The notes under the pieces were generated by a model that was not told the DNA's origin, searched no databases, and saw nothing but the letters and a program-made list of their open reading frames with translations. Shown piece by piece: positions 25,803-35,380 of a DNA stretch of 64,000 nt (the stretch's first letter is position 1; each line of letters begins with the position of its first letter). Position numbers and translations under genes: made by a program. This DNA is from an uncultured delta proteobacterium (lineage in GTDB: Bacteria; Myxococcota_A; Polyangia; Polyangiales; Houyiibacteriaceae): positions 96,001-160,000 of the forward strand of contig CAVOVB010000010.1 in the NCBI GenBank assembly GCA_963699755.1. Direction: 5' to 3'.

Positions 25803-26255
25803 GTGATCATTCTTCTCTCTCAAGTCGCGACCACCTGGGCGATGACGGGCATCATCTGGTTCGTCCAACTGGTGCAGTATCCGTCATTCGCTCACATCGA
25901 CAGAGCGTCCTTCCCGGCGTTTCACAGCCATCATTCGACCGCGATTTCGTTCATCGTCGCGCCGCTGATGCTCGTCGAAGCCGTTACGGCGCTTGCATTT
26001 CTGTGGTCGCCGCTCCGCGTTCAGACCTCATGGCAGATCTGGCTCGGAATTGGGTTGGTCGCAGTCGTCTGGGCGTCGACTTTTCTGCTTCAGGTGCCCG
26101 CGCACAGCCGACTGGGCTCTGGCTTCGACCAAGACAATTGGCGCATGCTGGTCAGCTCCAACTGGGTCAGAACGATCGCCTGGTCCGTACGAGCCGCGCT
26201 GGTGACTTACTGGCTTTACTTGACTCTCGACGCCGGGAAGCGAATGGGTGTTTAG
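25803..26255 (+). CDS. Four-TM membrane protein of unknown function
   Basis: GIIWFVQLVQYPSF, PLMLVE, STFLLQVPAH, NWVRT. Confidence 0.8.
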   Translation: MIILLSQVATTWAMTGIIWFVQLVQYPSFAHIDRASFPAFHSHHSTAISFIVAPLMLVEAVTALAFLWSPLRVQTSWQIWLGIGLVAVVWASTFLLQVPAHSRLGSGFDQDNWRMLVSSNWVRTIAWSVRAALVTYWLYLTLDAGKRMGV

Positions 26256-27187
26256 CGCCGCACCGCGCGGAACTCCACGCCCAGGCTCACGGTGATGAAA
26301 TGGAGCCAGTTCTTGGTGTAGCCGTCGCTCCCCGGGTCCGGGTTGCTGTTTGTTCCAACGGCGCCCCCACCCAAGTAGCGCAGGTTGAAGAAGCCCGCGA
26401 CGCGGTCGGTGAAGTCGTAGCCCACCCGAAGGCTCGCATCGAGCAAGGCGCCGGTGATCTCCTCGCTGCTTCCATTGATGCCGCTGATCGGTGCATAGAT
26501 CCCGTCGATTTCGGTCCCCCACCAGACACCGCTGTCAAAGCCCCAGCGGCCGCGGAATTTGAGTGCCGGCACCGGCCCAATGTTGCGCCGATCAGCACGC
26601 AGGGTTCCGTCCGCCGAGGTGAAGGTGATGGTGGAGTTTCTGATTTGAAGCGAAAAGCCGATCGATACCTCATCGCCTGAGCGCCGGAGGAAGTCGTAGA
26701 GGTAGCTGATTCGCCAGAACGGGAACAAGTAACTCGAGTTCAGCGGCGTTCCGGCCGGGAAGACCTCTTCGTCGAAGGTGGTTTCCTGACTCAGCACCGT
26801 CTCCCCGGTGAGCTTCAGTGGCTGATAGAGGAACACGATCGCGTGGCGACCTTTGAACTTCAAATCCGTGCTGAGCCGGAAGAAAGGAAAGAGCACATCC
26901 TGGCCGCCGTCATCGCGATAGTCGAACCGCGTCCCCTCGTTGCCCAGCTGCACGATATGACTGGCGACGGCGAGGAAGCCGAGCTCGGCTCCGAGGAACC
27001 ACTCGACCTTGGGGGGCTTTTCGAGCGTCGCCTTGTACTTCGCGGCGATGTGGCTCTCGTCGACGGGGGCAATCTGGTAACTTGCCTGGTCGCTCCCGTT
27101 GTCCTGAGCAAGAGCGGACGGCGAAAGCAGGGAAGAAAGGAGCATGGCGGGCAACCAAGCTCGGGGGGGTCTTCGTTTTCCATTCAT
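26252..27187 (-). CDS. Putative outer-membrane beta-barrel protein
   Basis: Signal peptide (PSALA-Q), alternating amphipathic beta-strands, aromatic near C-terminus (SLGVEF). Confidence 0.75.
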   Translation of the reverse strand: MNGKRRPPRAWLPAMLLSSLLSPSALAQDNGSDQASYQIAPVDESHIAAKYKATLEKPPKVEWFLGAELGFLAVASHIVQLGNEGTRFDYRDDGGQDVLFPFFRLSTDLKFKGRHAIVFLYQPLKLTGETVLSQETTFDEEVFPAGTPLNSSYLFPFWRISYLYDFLRRSGDEVSIGFSLQIRNSTITFTSADGTLRADRRNIGPVPALKFRGRWGFDSGVWWGTEIDGIYAPISGINGSSEEITGALLDASLRVGYDFTDRVAGFFNLRYLGGGAVGTNSNPDPGSDGYTKNWLHFITVSLGVEFRAVRR

Positions 27188-27258
27188 TTGCGGGCTAAGG
27201 TAACATGAGAAGCGCTGAGCCCCTGCCGTTGCTCGCTCGCGGCCCTAGAGCCACTGCG

Positions 27259-28737
27259 ATGAGAAATCCCGACGTCGTCGTGATTGGGGCTGGTTTTGGA
27301 GGCCTTGCGGCCGCCCTGCGTCTTGCAGAGCGAGGTGCCGACGTCGTTCTCTGCGAGACCCTGCGCTATCCGGGAGGCTGCGCGAGCACCTTCACTCGGA
27401 GCGGCTACCAGTTTGAAGCAGGTGCGACTCTGTTTTCCGGCCTGGGCGAAGGGCAGCTTTTCTCGAGCTGGAACGACAAGTGGGACCTCGGCGTCCGCTT
27501 CGACCCGCTCGACCCGATCGTCGAGCTTCGAACCCAACAATGGTCGCTCGCCATCCCCCAGAACCCTGAGTCATTCGTGTGCCGGTTCGGCGAACTGCCC
27601 GGCGCCGACCGAGAGGCCGTGCGCGGATTCTTTGGCACGCAGCGCCGAGTGGCGGACGCACTCTGGAAGCTCTTCGAGGACCCGAGCCTTCTCCCGCCAC
27701 TGAGCGGCAGCGCTGTCCTGCGACACCTCGGTCGATCGTTGTCCTACGGTCCGGTCGTCCGATGGATGGGCCGGCCTCTTTCCGACGTCGTCGCGAGTCA
27801 CGATCTCGAAGGCTGGGAGCCGCTTCGCGTCTACCTAGACGCCGTCAGTCAAATCACGGTGCAGGCTAGCTCTGCGGAGGCCGAAGCGCCGTTTGCCATG
27901 GCCGCGGTCGACTACTTTTTTCGCGGAACCGGGCACGTGCGCGGCGGGATTGGAAGCCTCGCCTGGGGTTTGACCGAAGCGATCAGGCGCGCGGGCGGCA
28001 GGGTTTCACTGGCCAATCGGGTTCGGGGGCTGCGCCGCGAAGGGACAGCTTGGCGCGTCGACACCCGAAACGGTGAGCTGCGCGCACGAACCGTCGTCGC
28101 CAACGTATTGCCCCATTCGCTTCCGGAAATGATCAGGCCCCAGCTAAACGGAGCACTCGACGACGTGGAAGCGGCGGTCGAGTCGGGCTGGGGTGCCGCG
28201 ATGCTCTACCTCGCCGTCGAATCCGACGCGGTGTTCGGACCGGATGCCCAGCACCTGCAGCTCGTGGATGATGAAACCGCTCCGTTCATCGAGGGCAATC
28301 ATGTCTTCTGCTCGATCAGCGCAGCGAACGAGCGTGAACGGGCACCTAGGGGAGAGCGAACCGCGACCATTTCCACGCACGTCCCGATGCAGAAGCTTCG
28401 CAAGCTTTTGGCAGAAGACCAAGGCGCCTACATTGCGGAGATCCAAAGCCGAATGCGAGAGACCATTCGCCGGCGCGCACCCGAGCTTCTCGACCACGCA
28501 ACGTTCGAGATGACCGCGAGCCCTCGCACCTTCGCTCGGTTCACGGGCCGACACCTGGGTTACGTCGGAGGCGTGCCGCGGCGCGTTGGCTGGAAACACT
28601 ATCGTCCACGTGCGCTCTGGCCTCGAGAGGCCGCGCCGGGCTTGTACCTCGTCGGTGACTCGGTGCTCCTCGGACAAAGCACGCTCGCCGTAGCACTCGG
28701 CGGTGTGCGCACAGCGGAGGCGATCTCGAGCTCCTAG
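27259..28737 (+). CDS. Phytoene desaturase family FAD oxidoreductase (CrtD/CrtH-like)
   Basis: VVIGAGFGG, PGGCASTF, FEAGATL, ASPRTFARFT, GLYLVGDS; alternative start 27205. Confidence 0.85.
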   Translation: MRNPDVVVIGAGFGGLAAALRLAERGADVVLCETLRYPGGCASTFTRSGYQFEAGATLFSGLGEGQLFSSWNDKWDLGVRFDPLDPIVELRTQQWSLAIPQNPESFVCRFGELPGADREAVRGFFGTQRRVADALWKLFEDPSLLPPLSGSAVLRHLGRSLSYGPVVRWMGRPLSDVVASHDLEGWEPLRVYLDAVSQITVQASSAEAEAPFAMAAVDYFFRGTGHVRGGIGSLAWGLTEAIRRAGGRVSLANRVRGLRREGTAWRVDTRNGELRARTVVANVLPHSLPEMIRPQLNGALDDVEAAVESGWGAAMLYLAVESDAVFGPDAQHLQLVDDETAPFIEGNHVFCSISAANERERAPRGERTATISTHVPMQKLRKLLAEDQGAYIAEIQSRMRETIRRRAPELLDHATFEMTASPRTFARFTGRHLGYVGGVPRRVGWKHYRPRALWPREAAPGLYLVGDSVLLGQSTLAVALGGVRTAEAISSS

Positions 28738-28761
28738 AAGCGCGGTCGGCCTCCGGGACGG

Positions 28762-30717
28762 CTATACCTGCAACCAGACCGCGCGATGATGCTCCAAGAC
28801 GAGGCCATCGACCAGAGCGACCCCCTCCCCGCGTAGATGGTCGAAGGCTTCCCCTTCGGGGGCCCAGGGCAAGATGAATCTAGCGTCCAAGCGTTGGGTG
28901 GCTTCCGAGAAATTCGCCACGACCAGCAGGCGCTGCCCCGCATGCGATCGCAAGTAGCCGAAGAGATGAGAATTGCCGGTGTCGACGACCTCCATGCCAC
29001 CGTCGTAGAGAGCCGGGAGCTGTTTTCGGAGCCGGAACAGCTTCGAGGTCTCGCGGAAGAATCGCCACTCGATGGTGTCGAGGTCTGCTAGATCCTCCTG
29101 GGCCTCCCATCGCTTTCGGCAGCGATGGACCCAACGGCTGTCGTTGACCTTCCGCGGGTCCTGGAGGTATGTATAGTCGTTGATCATTCCGTACTCGTCA
29201 CCCGCGTAGAGAAGCGGGAGGCCGCCGATGCTCACCTGGATCCCCATGAGCAGGGTGATTCGACGTACGGCGCGTTCGATCAGCTCGCTATCAGCGCGCT
29301 CGAGCGCTTCCTCGAGGCCCGCGAGCGAGGATAGCGTACCGGCGACGCGGACATCACCCGTGAGGGCATTCTCCTGAAACTTCGTTCCTCGCGCGTAGGA
29401 CCCGGTGAACTCGCCTGTGTAGAATCGGTTCAAGAAGCGACGATGGGCGGCGGGGTCGATGCCGACGCTGCGGGCGTCGTTGTCGTCGAAGGTCCATCCT
29501 ATGTCGTCGTGGCAGCGCAAGTAGTTCACCCAGGCGCAACCGTCCGGAAGCCGGTAGCGAGTCCGCATCGAGTGCTCGAGGAGGCGCACATCCTGGGTCG
29601 CCAGTGCTTCCCAAAGTAGCGCCATGAGAAGCGGATTGTAGGAGAGCTGGCATTCCTCGGGGTGGACGTAGCGGATCACCTGGTTCGGGTGAACGATGGC
29701 CTCCGACTTGAAGAGCAACGCCGGCGCCGCGATTCGGGCGATGGCGTTGAACGCTCGGATGATCGTGTGCGCCTCTGGCTGGTTCTCGCAGTCGGTACCA
29801 AGTCGCTTCCAGAGAAAAGCGACCGCGTCGAGCCGCAAGATTTCCACGCCGCGATTCGCGAGAAACAACATCTCCTCGGCCATCGCGCGAAAGACCTCTG
29901 CGTTGGCGTAATTCAAGTCCCATTGGTAGCTGTTGAACGTGGTCCACACCCAGCGCTCGAGCTGCTCGTTCCAGGTGAAGCTGCCCCTGCGCAGTTCGGG
30001 GAAGATGTCTCGCAGGTAGCGCTGAAATTGATCGGGGAGCTCGCGGTCGGGGAAGGTGAAGTAGAATCCCATGAAGTCTGGATCACCGGACTTCGCCCGT
30101 AGCGCCCACTCGTGCTCGTCAGAGGTGTGGTTGAACACGAGGTCGAGCACGACGCTGATGCCCTGTTCACGCAGCACCGCCGTCGCTTCCTCGAGCTCGT
30201 CCATGGTACCGAGGTCGGGATTGATCGAGCGGTAGTCACTGACGGCATAGCCCCCGTCGTTCTCGCCGTGGGGTGAAACGAAGAGCGGCATCAGGTGTAG
30301 ATAGGTGAGCCCCAGCTTCTTGAAGTATGGGATGTGGTCCTTGAGCTTGGCCAACTGGTCGCTGAAGAGATCGACGTAAAGGACGATTCCGACCATCTCC
30401 TGCGACTGAAACCAGTTAGGATCGGCTTCGCGTGTCTCATCGAGGCGACGCAAGGGCTCGGAACGCTCCAACCAAGACAGAATCAGCGAGCGAAGAACGC
30501 GCTCCAGTGTGTAGTGGAAATCGTATTGCCAGCCATAGAGCTCGTGCAGATACGAAAACAAGCGCTCCCATTCGCGATCGAGGCGCTTTTTGAAGAGCTG
30601 CCAGTCGGGCGCCACTGGCTCCAGTCGCTTGGCAAAGGTCTCCTCGAGCTCGGGGAGCAAGCGCCGGAGCGACTTGCGGGCCTGCTCCGGCTTCCAGTCA
30701 TGTCCCCCATTGCTCAC
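28762..30717 (-). CDS. Amylosucrase-like GH13 glucosyltransferase
   Basis: YLHLMPL, DGGYAVSDY, RLDAVAF, KSEAIVHP, CHDDIGW, DSRWVHR; GTG start overlaps the glgB stop (GTGA). Confidence 0.9.
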   Translation of the reverse strand: MSNGGHDWKPEQARKSLRRLLPELEETFAKRLEPVAPDWQLFKKRLDREWERLFSYLHELYGWQYDFHYTLERVLRSLILSWLERSEPLRRLDETREADPNWFQSQEMVGIVLYVDLFSDQLAKLKDHIPYFKKLGLTYLHLMPLFVSPHGENDGGYAVSDYRSINPDLGTMDELEEATAVLREQGISVVLDLVFNHTSDEHEWALRAKSGDPDFMGFYFTFPDRELPDQFQRYLRDIFPELRRGSFTWNEQLERWVWTTFNSYQWDLNYANAEVFRAMAEEMLFLANRGVEILRLDAVAFLWKRLGTDCENQPEAHTIIRAFNAIARIAAPALLFKSEAIVHPNQVIRYVHPEECQLSYNPLLMALLWEALATQDVRLLEHSMRTRYRLPDGCAWVNYLRCHDDIGWTFDDNDARSVGIDPAAHRRFLNRFYTGEFTGSYARGTKFQENALTGDVRVAGTLSSLAGLEEALERADSELIERAVRRITLLMGIQVSIGGLPLLYAGDEYGMINDYTYLQDPRKVNDSRWVHRCRKRWEAQEDLADLDTIEWRFFRETSKLFRLRKQLPALYDGGMEVVDTGNSHLFGYLRSHAGQRLLVVANFSEATQRLDARFILPWAPEGEAFDHLRGEGVALVDGLVLEHHRAVWLQV

Positions 30718-32759
30718 CGGGCCGTCTCGGACACTGGCGCCAGCACCAAGGCCGTGCGCGACGGGAGGTAGAGGCTCAGGAAGTGGCGCTGGATTCTGTC
30801 CGGCAGCGCATGATGAGAGATGTCGGAGGCCTGTCGGCTGAATCCGCCGTACTCGGGCCGATCCGTGTCGAGGACGGTGCGGTAGGCACCTGGCGCCGCC
30901 GGGATCCTGTAGTCGGTGAAGGAGCGACTCGGATGAAAGTTCATCGCAAACACCAGCCCGCCGCGCAGCCAAGCGAGGACCTTGGTCTCGTCGTCGCTGT
31001 GAAGAAGAAACTCATCTTTTCCATCCGGGATGCCGTAGCTCCGCGCCAAGCCGATCAAGTCGTGGTCGAAGGCCGCAAGGTGGCGGTAGCGCAGCTTCTC
31101 GTCGTCTGCCAATGGCCACTGGCGCCGGGCATGTGCATAGGACCAATGGTTCCCTTCGCGGGGAAAGTCGATCCACTCGGGGTGCCCGAACTCGTTGCCC
31201 ATGAAGTTGAGATACCCGTGGCCCGCGGTTCCCAGAGTGGCCAGGCGAATCATCTTGTGCAAGGCGATACCGCGCTCGACCGCGAGGTCTTCGTTCGTGA
31301 TCGACATGCCATCGTACATGCGTGGCCCGAGGAGGCGGAAGATGAGCGTCTGATCCCCGACCAAGGCCTGGTCGTGGGACTCCGCGTAGCTGATGGTGGG
31401 CTCACCGCGCCGGCGGTTGGTCAGCTCGTACCAGAGCTCTCCGATCGACCAACTCTCGTCGGGCACGTCCTTGGTGAGCTCGATCCATGTGTCGGCGATG
31501 CCCATGGCAAATCGGTAGTCGAAGCCTGCACCGCCTTCGGCGAACGGCAGTGCCAGCCCCGGGAACCCCGATACGTCCTCCGCTATCGTCACCGCATCCG
31601 GATGGAGCTCGTGAATCAGCTCATTGGCGAGGGTCAGGTAGGTCAGCGCGTCCTCGTCGACCCCCGGACCGAAATAATCGTCGTAGCTCGTGAAGACACG
31701 GCTCAAGCCGTGGTCCAGGTAGAGCATGCTCGTGACACCGTCGAATCGGAACCCGTCGACCCGAAACTCGTCCATCCAGAACCTGCAGTTCGAAAGCAGG
31801 AAGTGGAGCACTTGGGGCTTGGCGTAGTCGAAGCAACGCGAATTCCAGGCGGGGTGCTCGCCGCGTGGTCCTTCGTGAAAGTACAGGCTCGGGGAGCCGT
31901 CCTGAGACGAGATCCCTTCGACCTCGTTTCGGACGGCGTGCGAATGAACCAAGTCCATGAACACGCGAAGCCCCATCCCGTGCGCATCGTCGACCAAGGC
32001 TTTGAGCTCCTCCGGCGTTCCAAACCGCGAGGAGCAGGCGAAGTAGCTCGAGACCTGATAGCCGAACGAGGCGTAGTAAGGGTGCTCGGCAAGCGCCATG
32101 ATTTGCACCGACCGGTAGCCCGCATCGCGGATTCGGGGCAGGACCGTGGTTCGAAACTCGTCATAGGTGCCGACCTTGGGCTCTGCCTGCGCCATGCCGA
32201 TGTGGGCTTCGTAGACGAGCAGGGGGGCCGATGGGCGGGGCGGCCGCGCATGGCGCCATGCGTAGGGGTTCGGAGGGCGCCAAACCTGCGCATTGAAGCT
32301 CCCCGCCTTCTCATCTCGGACGACCCGGCGGGTCCAGGCCGGCAGGCGGTCACCTCCCCCCCCTGGCCAGCGCACCTCGAGCCGATAAGGATCGCCGTGC
32401 GTCAGCATCGACTCAGGAAGCTCGATCTCCCAGACGCCCTCGCTTCCTACGCGCGAAAGCGCGTACTTGGGATCTGGCTTCCAGTCGGAAAAAGGTCCCT
32501 TCAAGTGAATGAAAATGGCATTCGGGGCCCATTCGCGAAGCACCCAACGGTCGTCCCTAAAGTGCAGGCCGAAGTACTCGTGCCCCGATGCAAACTCGGG
32601 AAGGTCGAGGCGCCCATCCGTGATGCGAAGCCGGGTCTCCTCCGCATTCCGCACGCGACGCAAGAGGTCAGAGGCGTAGCGACCCAAGAGCCCATCCCGC
32701 TCGATCATGCGGGCGACTCGTTGCTCGGGCGTCGGTGATTCGGTCGTCGCGTCGGTCAT
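30714..32759 (-). CDS. glgB: 1,4-alpha-glucan branching enzyme (eukaryote-like subtype)
   Basis: FASGHEYFGLH, REWAPNA, YEAHIGMA, EHPYYASFGYQVS, FRFDGVTSMLY, AEDVSG, ESHDQ, NFMGNEFGHPEWIDFPR. Confidence 0.95.
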   Translation of the reverse strand: MTDATTESPTPEQRVARMIERDGLLGRYASDLLRRVRNAEETRLRITDGRLDLPEFASGHEYFGLHFRDDRWVLREWAPNAIFIHLKGPFSDWKPDPKYALSRVGSEGVWEIELPESMLTHGDPYRLEVRWPGGGGDRLPAWTRRVVRDEKAGSFNAQVWRPPNPYAWRHARPPRPSAPLLVYEAHIGMAQAEPKVGTYDEFRTTVLPRIRDAGYRSVQIMALAEHPYYASFGYQVSSYFACSSRFGTPEELKALVDDAHGMGLRVFMDLVHSHAVRNEVEGISSQDGSPSLYFHEGPRGEHPAWNSRCFDYAKPQVLHFLLSNCRFWMDEFRVDGFRFDGVTSMLYLDHGLSRVFTSYDDYFGPGVDEDALTYLTLANELIHELHPDAVTIAEDVSGFPGLALPFAEGGAGFDYRFAMGIADTWIELTKDVPDESWSIGELWYELTNRRRGEPTISYAESHDQALVGDQTLIFRLLGPRMYDGMSITNEDLAVERGIALHKMIRLATLGTAGHGYLNFMGNEFGHPEWIDFPREGNHWSYAHARRQWPLADDEKLRYRHLAAFDHDLIGLARSYGIPDGKDEFLLHSDDETKVLAWLRGGLVFAMNFHPSRSFTDYRIPAAPGAYRTVLDTDRPEYGGFSRQASDISHHALPDRIQRHFLSLYLPSRTALVLAPVSETAR

Positions 32760-32780
32760 ATGCGCTGGCCTGGCAGGCCC

Positions 32781-33089
32781 TCAGCCCTCCAGCATTTCCT
32801 TGGCGTTCAAGCGAGAGGAATGGAGATCCCGACTCATGCGGCCCACGGTCAGGTGCTCGGAGAGCTTTCCGAGCACTGCACCCGGAAGTATGTGCTCGAC
32901 GTCAATCGTCCGCTTGGTGCCCACCAACGCGAGGGTCCACTCGCATGGCTGTCCCTCCCCGGCACCGATCACGTTGCGAACTTCGACCAGACCCGCGAGC
33001 CAGTCCGGCATCGCGCTGAGCTCGCCCACGTACGCGAAAACCTCGCTCGCCGGTGCGCGGATCACGATGCTGTCCTCATGAGAGATCAT
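32781..33089 (-). pseudogene. SRPBCC/polyketide-cyclase-like gene, apparently internally deleted
   Basis: SRPBCC-like N-terminus (SIVIRAPASEVFAYV...PDW) and C-terminal helix (SRLNAKEMLEG) in only 102 aa. Confidence 0.55.
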
Positions 33090-33276
33090 CCAAGCCGACT
33101 GTTTCACATAAATCGAAACGGTCAACGCAACTTCAGAGTGAACGCAAGCCTCCGCAGTCTCCAAGCGTTGGAGGTCCACGGAATTCGATGACGAGAAACG
33201 GGATGCTCCATGGCCGAGACCTGCCTATGCATGTCTAGCAGACACAAGGAGGCGTCTCATCGGAGACTACGGCGTC

Positions 33277-33960
33277 ATGCCCCATCGAGCTGCGGCAACT
33301 ACATTCGAGAACGACGATTCCCGCTGGGAAGCGGTCACGGAACGCAACGCCCGCGCCGATGGCGCGTTCTTCTACGCGGTGCACACGACAGGAATCTTCT
33401 GCCGACCCTCCTGCGGCGCTCGAGCGCCCTTCCGTAAGAACGTCTCCTTCTAGAGGAAGCCATCTGAAGCGAGGTTGGCAGGCTTCCGGGCCTGCAAGCG
33501 ATGCACGCCGGAGTCGACAACCCTGCGCCAACGCCAGCAAGCGCTCGTCATCGATGCCTGCCGGCGGATCGAGCTAGCGGAGCGAGAGCCGACTCTCAAC
33601 GAGCTTGCCGATGCGGGCGGCACGAGTCCCTCCCATTTCAACCGACTCTTCAAGCGCATCGTCGGAGTCACCCCGAAGCAACACGCGCTTGCCGATCGTT
33701 CATGCGTTGCGGCGAAAAACCTCACGACCAACAAGAGCGTCGCCTCGGCGATTTACCAGTCCGGCTATGGCGCATCGAGTCGGTTCTACGAGTCGGCACA
33801 ATCTTCCACTCGACGTGCATGGCACTGCTTTTCAAGAGCTCGTTTGGCGCACCCTGCGCAGCATCCCAGAGGGGGAGACCGTATCGTACGCAGAGCTGGC
33901 CGTGCGGATCGGGCGCCCCAAGTCGGCCAGAGCGGTGGCCCAGGCCTGCGCAGCGAAAGC
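33277..33960 (+). pseudogene. ada: Ada (DNA repair methyltransferase/regulator) pseudogene
   Basis: RWEAVTERNARADGAFFYAVHTTGIFCRPSC, in-frame TAG at 33451, GFRACKRC, AraC HTH, frame change into LPLDVHGTAFQELVW...ARAVAQACAA; the PCHR active site is absent. Confidence 0.9.
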
Positions 33961-34225
33961 GGGAGCTGCTCGTACGCGAATCCAAAAAAGTGAAACGGCA
34001 AGGTCGCGTTCAGCCGAGAAAGGATCGAGCGTGCCTAGGTCGCCTTCGGTGCGGGTCGCCGGCGCAAAGAAGCGCGGAGCGCCCAATCGGCCGCGGCTCG
34101 AACCGCGATGCGAGTCCGCAACTCATCACTGCGCCTCTCCAGAAAGGGGAGTTGTGCACCCGCGGCGCGAGCGCTAGGACAGCTCGTGGGCCTGGCTGCC
34201 CAAATTCGCAATCCTTGCTTCTACG

Positions 34226-35362
34226 ATGAATCGCAACAAGAAACCCGTCCTCCTGGCTGTAGGCGCGATCCTGGTCATCGTCTTGGTCCTCGGTGGCGTG
34301 AAAGCGGCCCAGATCGGCGCCATGATCGCCGCGGGCAAAGCGTTCGTGCCGCCGGTTCAGGCCGTCACCACCGCCGAGGTGCTCGAGGTGAGCTGGAAGC
34401 CGGAGCTGACGGCAGTGGGCTCCGTCGTTGCAGTGCAAGGGGTGACCGTGGCCAGCGAGGTTCCCGGGACGATCACCGAGATAGCCTTCAAGTCGGGGCA
34501 AATGGTCGAAAACGGCGACCTTCTAGTGCGTCTCGATACTTCGATCGAGCGAGCGCAGCTGGCCTCCGCGCTGGCGAGCGCCAAGCTGGCCAATCTAGAC
34601 TACCAACGGAAGAAGAATCTGCCTCCTGCCGGCGCCGTCAGCGCGGCCGACATCGACGCCGCCGCCGCGAAGGCTACCCAGGCCGCCGCGGACGTCGCCA
34701 ACTTCAAAGCCGTGATCGCGAGAAAGACGATCCGCGCGCCCTTCTCGGGTCGCGTCGGGATACGCCGCGTGGATCTCGGGGAGGTTCTGCAACCCGGGAC
34801 GCCGATCGTCTCGCTCCAGTCCTCCGATCCGATCTACGTCGACTTCTCGCTGCCGCAGCAAGCGCTCTCGTTGATCGAGCCGGGGAACACGGCGACCATC
34901 ACGACCGATGCCTTCCCTGGAACGACCTGGGAAGGCAAGGTCGAGGTGGTCGACACCGAGGTCGACATCGGCACCCGTAACTTCGCGGTACGGGCCTTGG
35001 TCGAGAATCCCGAAGGGAAGCTCCGCACCGGGATGTTCGTAGATATCCGGGTCGTCCAGCCCGAGGCGCGCGAATTGCTCGCCATTCCCGCGAGCGCCGT
35101 CTTGTTCGCGCCCTACGGCGACTCGGTCTACGTCATCAAGGAACAGGAGAGTGAGTCTGGCGAGAAGCAGCAGATCGCCGAGCAGGCATTCGTGCGCCTC
35201 GGGGAGCGCCGCGGGGACTTGGTCGCCGCCAGCTCCGGGCTCGCAGCCGGGGACGTGGTCGTCTCGACGGGCGCGTTCAAGCTCCAGAGCGGAATGGCAG
35301 TCACCATCCGCAACGATCTTGCGCCCGAGGTCAACACCGACCCGAATCCGCCCAACGAGTAG
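34226..35362 (+). CDS. RND efflux periplasmic adaptor
   Basis: N-terminal TM, VASEVPG, IRAPFSG, LRTGMFV, IPASAV. Confidence 0.93.
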   Translation: MNRNKKPVLLAVGAILVIVLVLGGVKAAQIGAMIAAGKAFVPPVQAVTTAEVLEVSWKPELTAVGSVVAVQGVTVASEVPGTITEIAFKSGQMVENGDLLVRLDTSIERAQLASALASAKLANLDYQRKKNLPPAGAVSAADIDAAAAKATQAAADVANFKAVIARKTIRAPFSGRVGIRRVDLGEVLQPGTPIVSLQSSDPIYVDFSLPQQALSLIEPGNTATITTDAFPGTTWEGKVEVVDTEVDIGTRNFAVRALVENPEGKLRTGMFVDIRVVQPEARELLAIPASAVLFAPYGDSVYVIKEQESESGEKQQIAEQAFVRLGERRGDLVAASSGLAAGDVVVSTGAFKLQSGMAVTIRNDLAPEVNTDPNPPNE

Positions 35363-35380
35363 TCGCGCCCGGGAAGCAAC

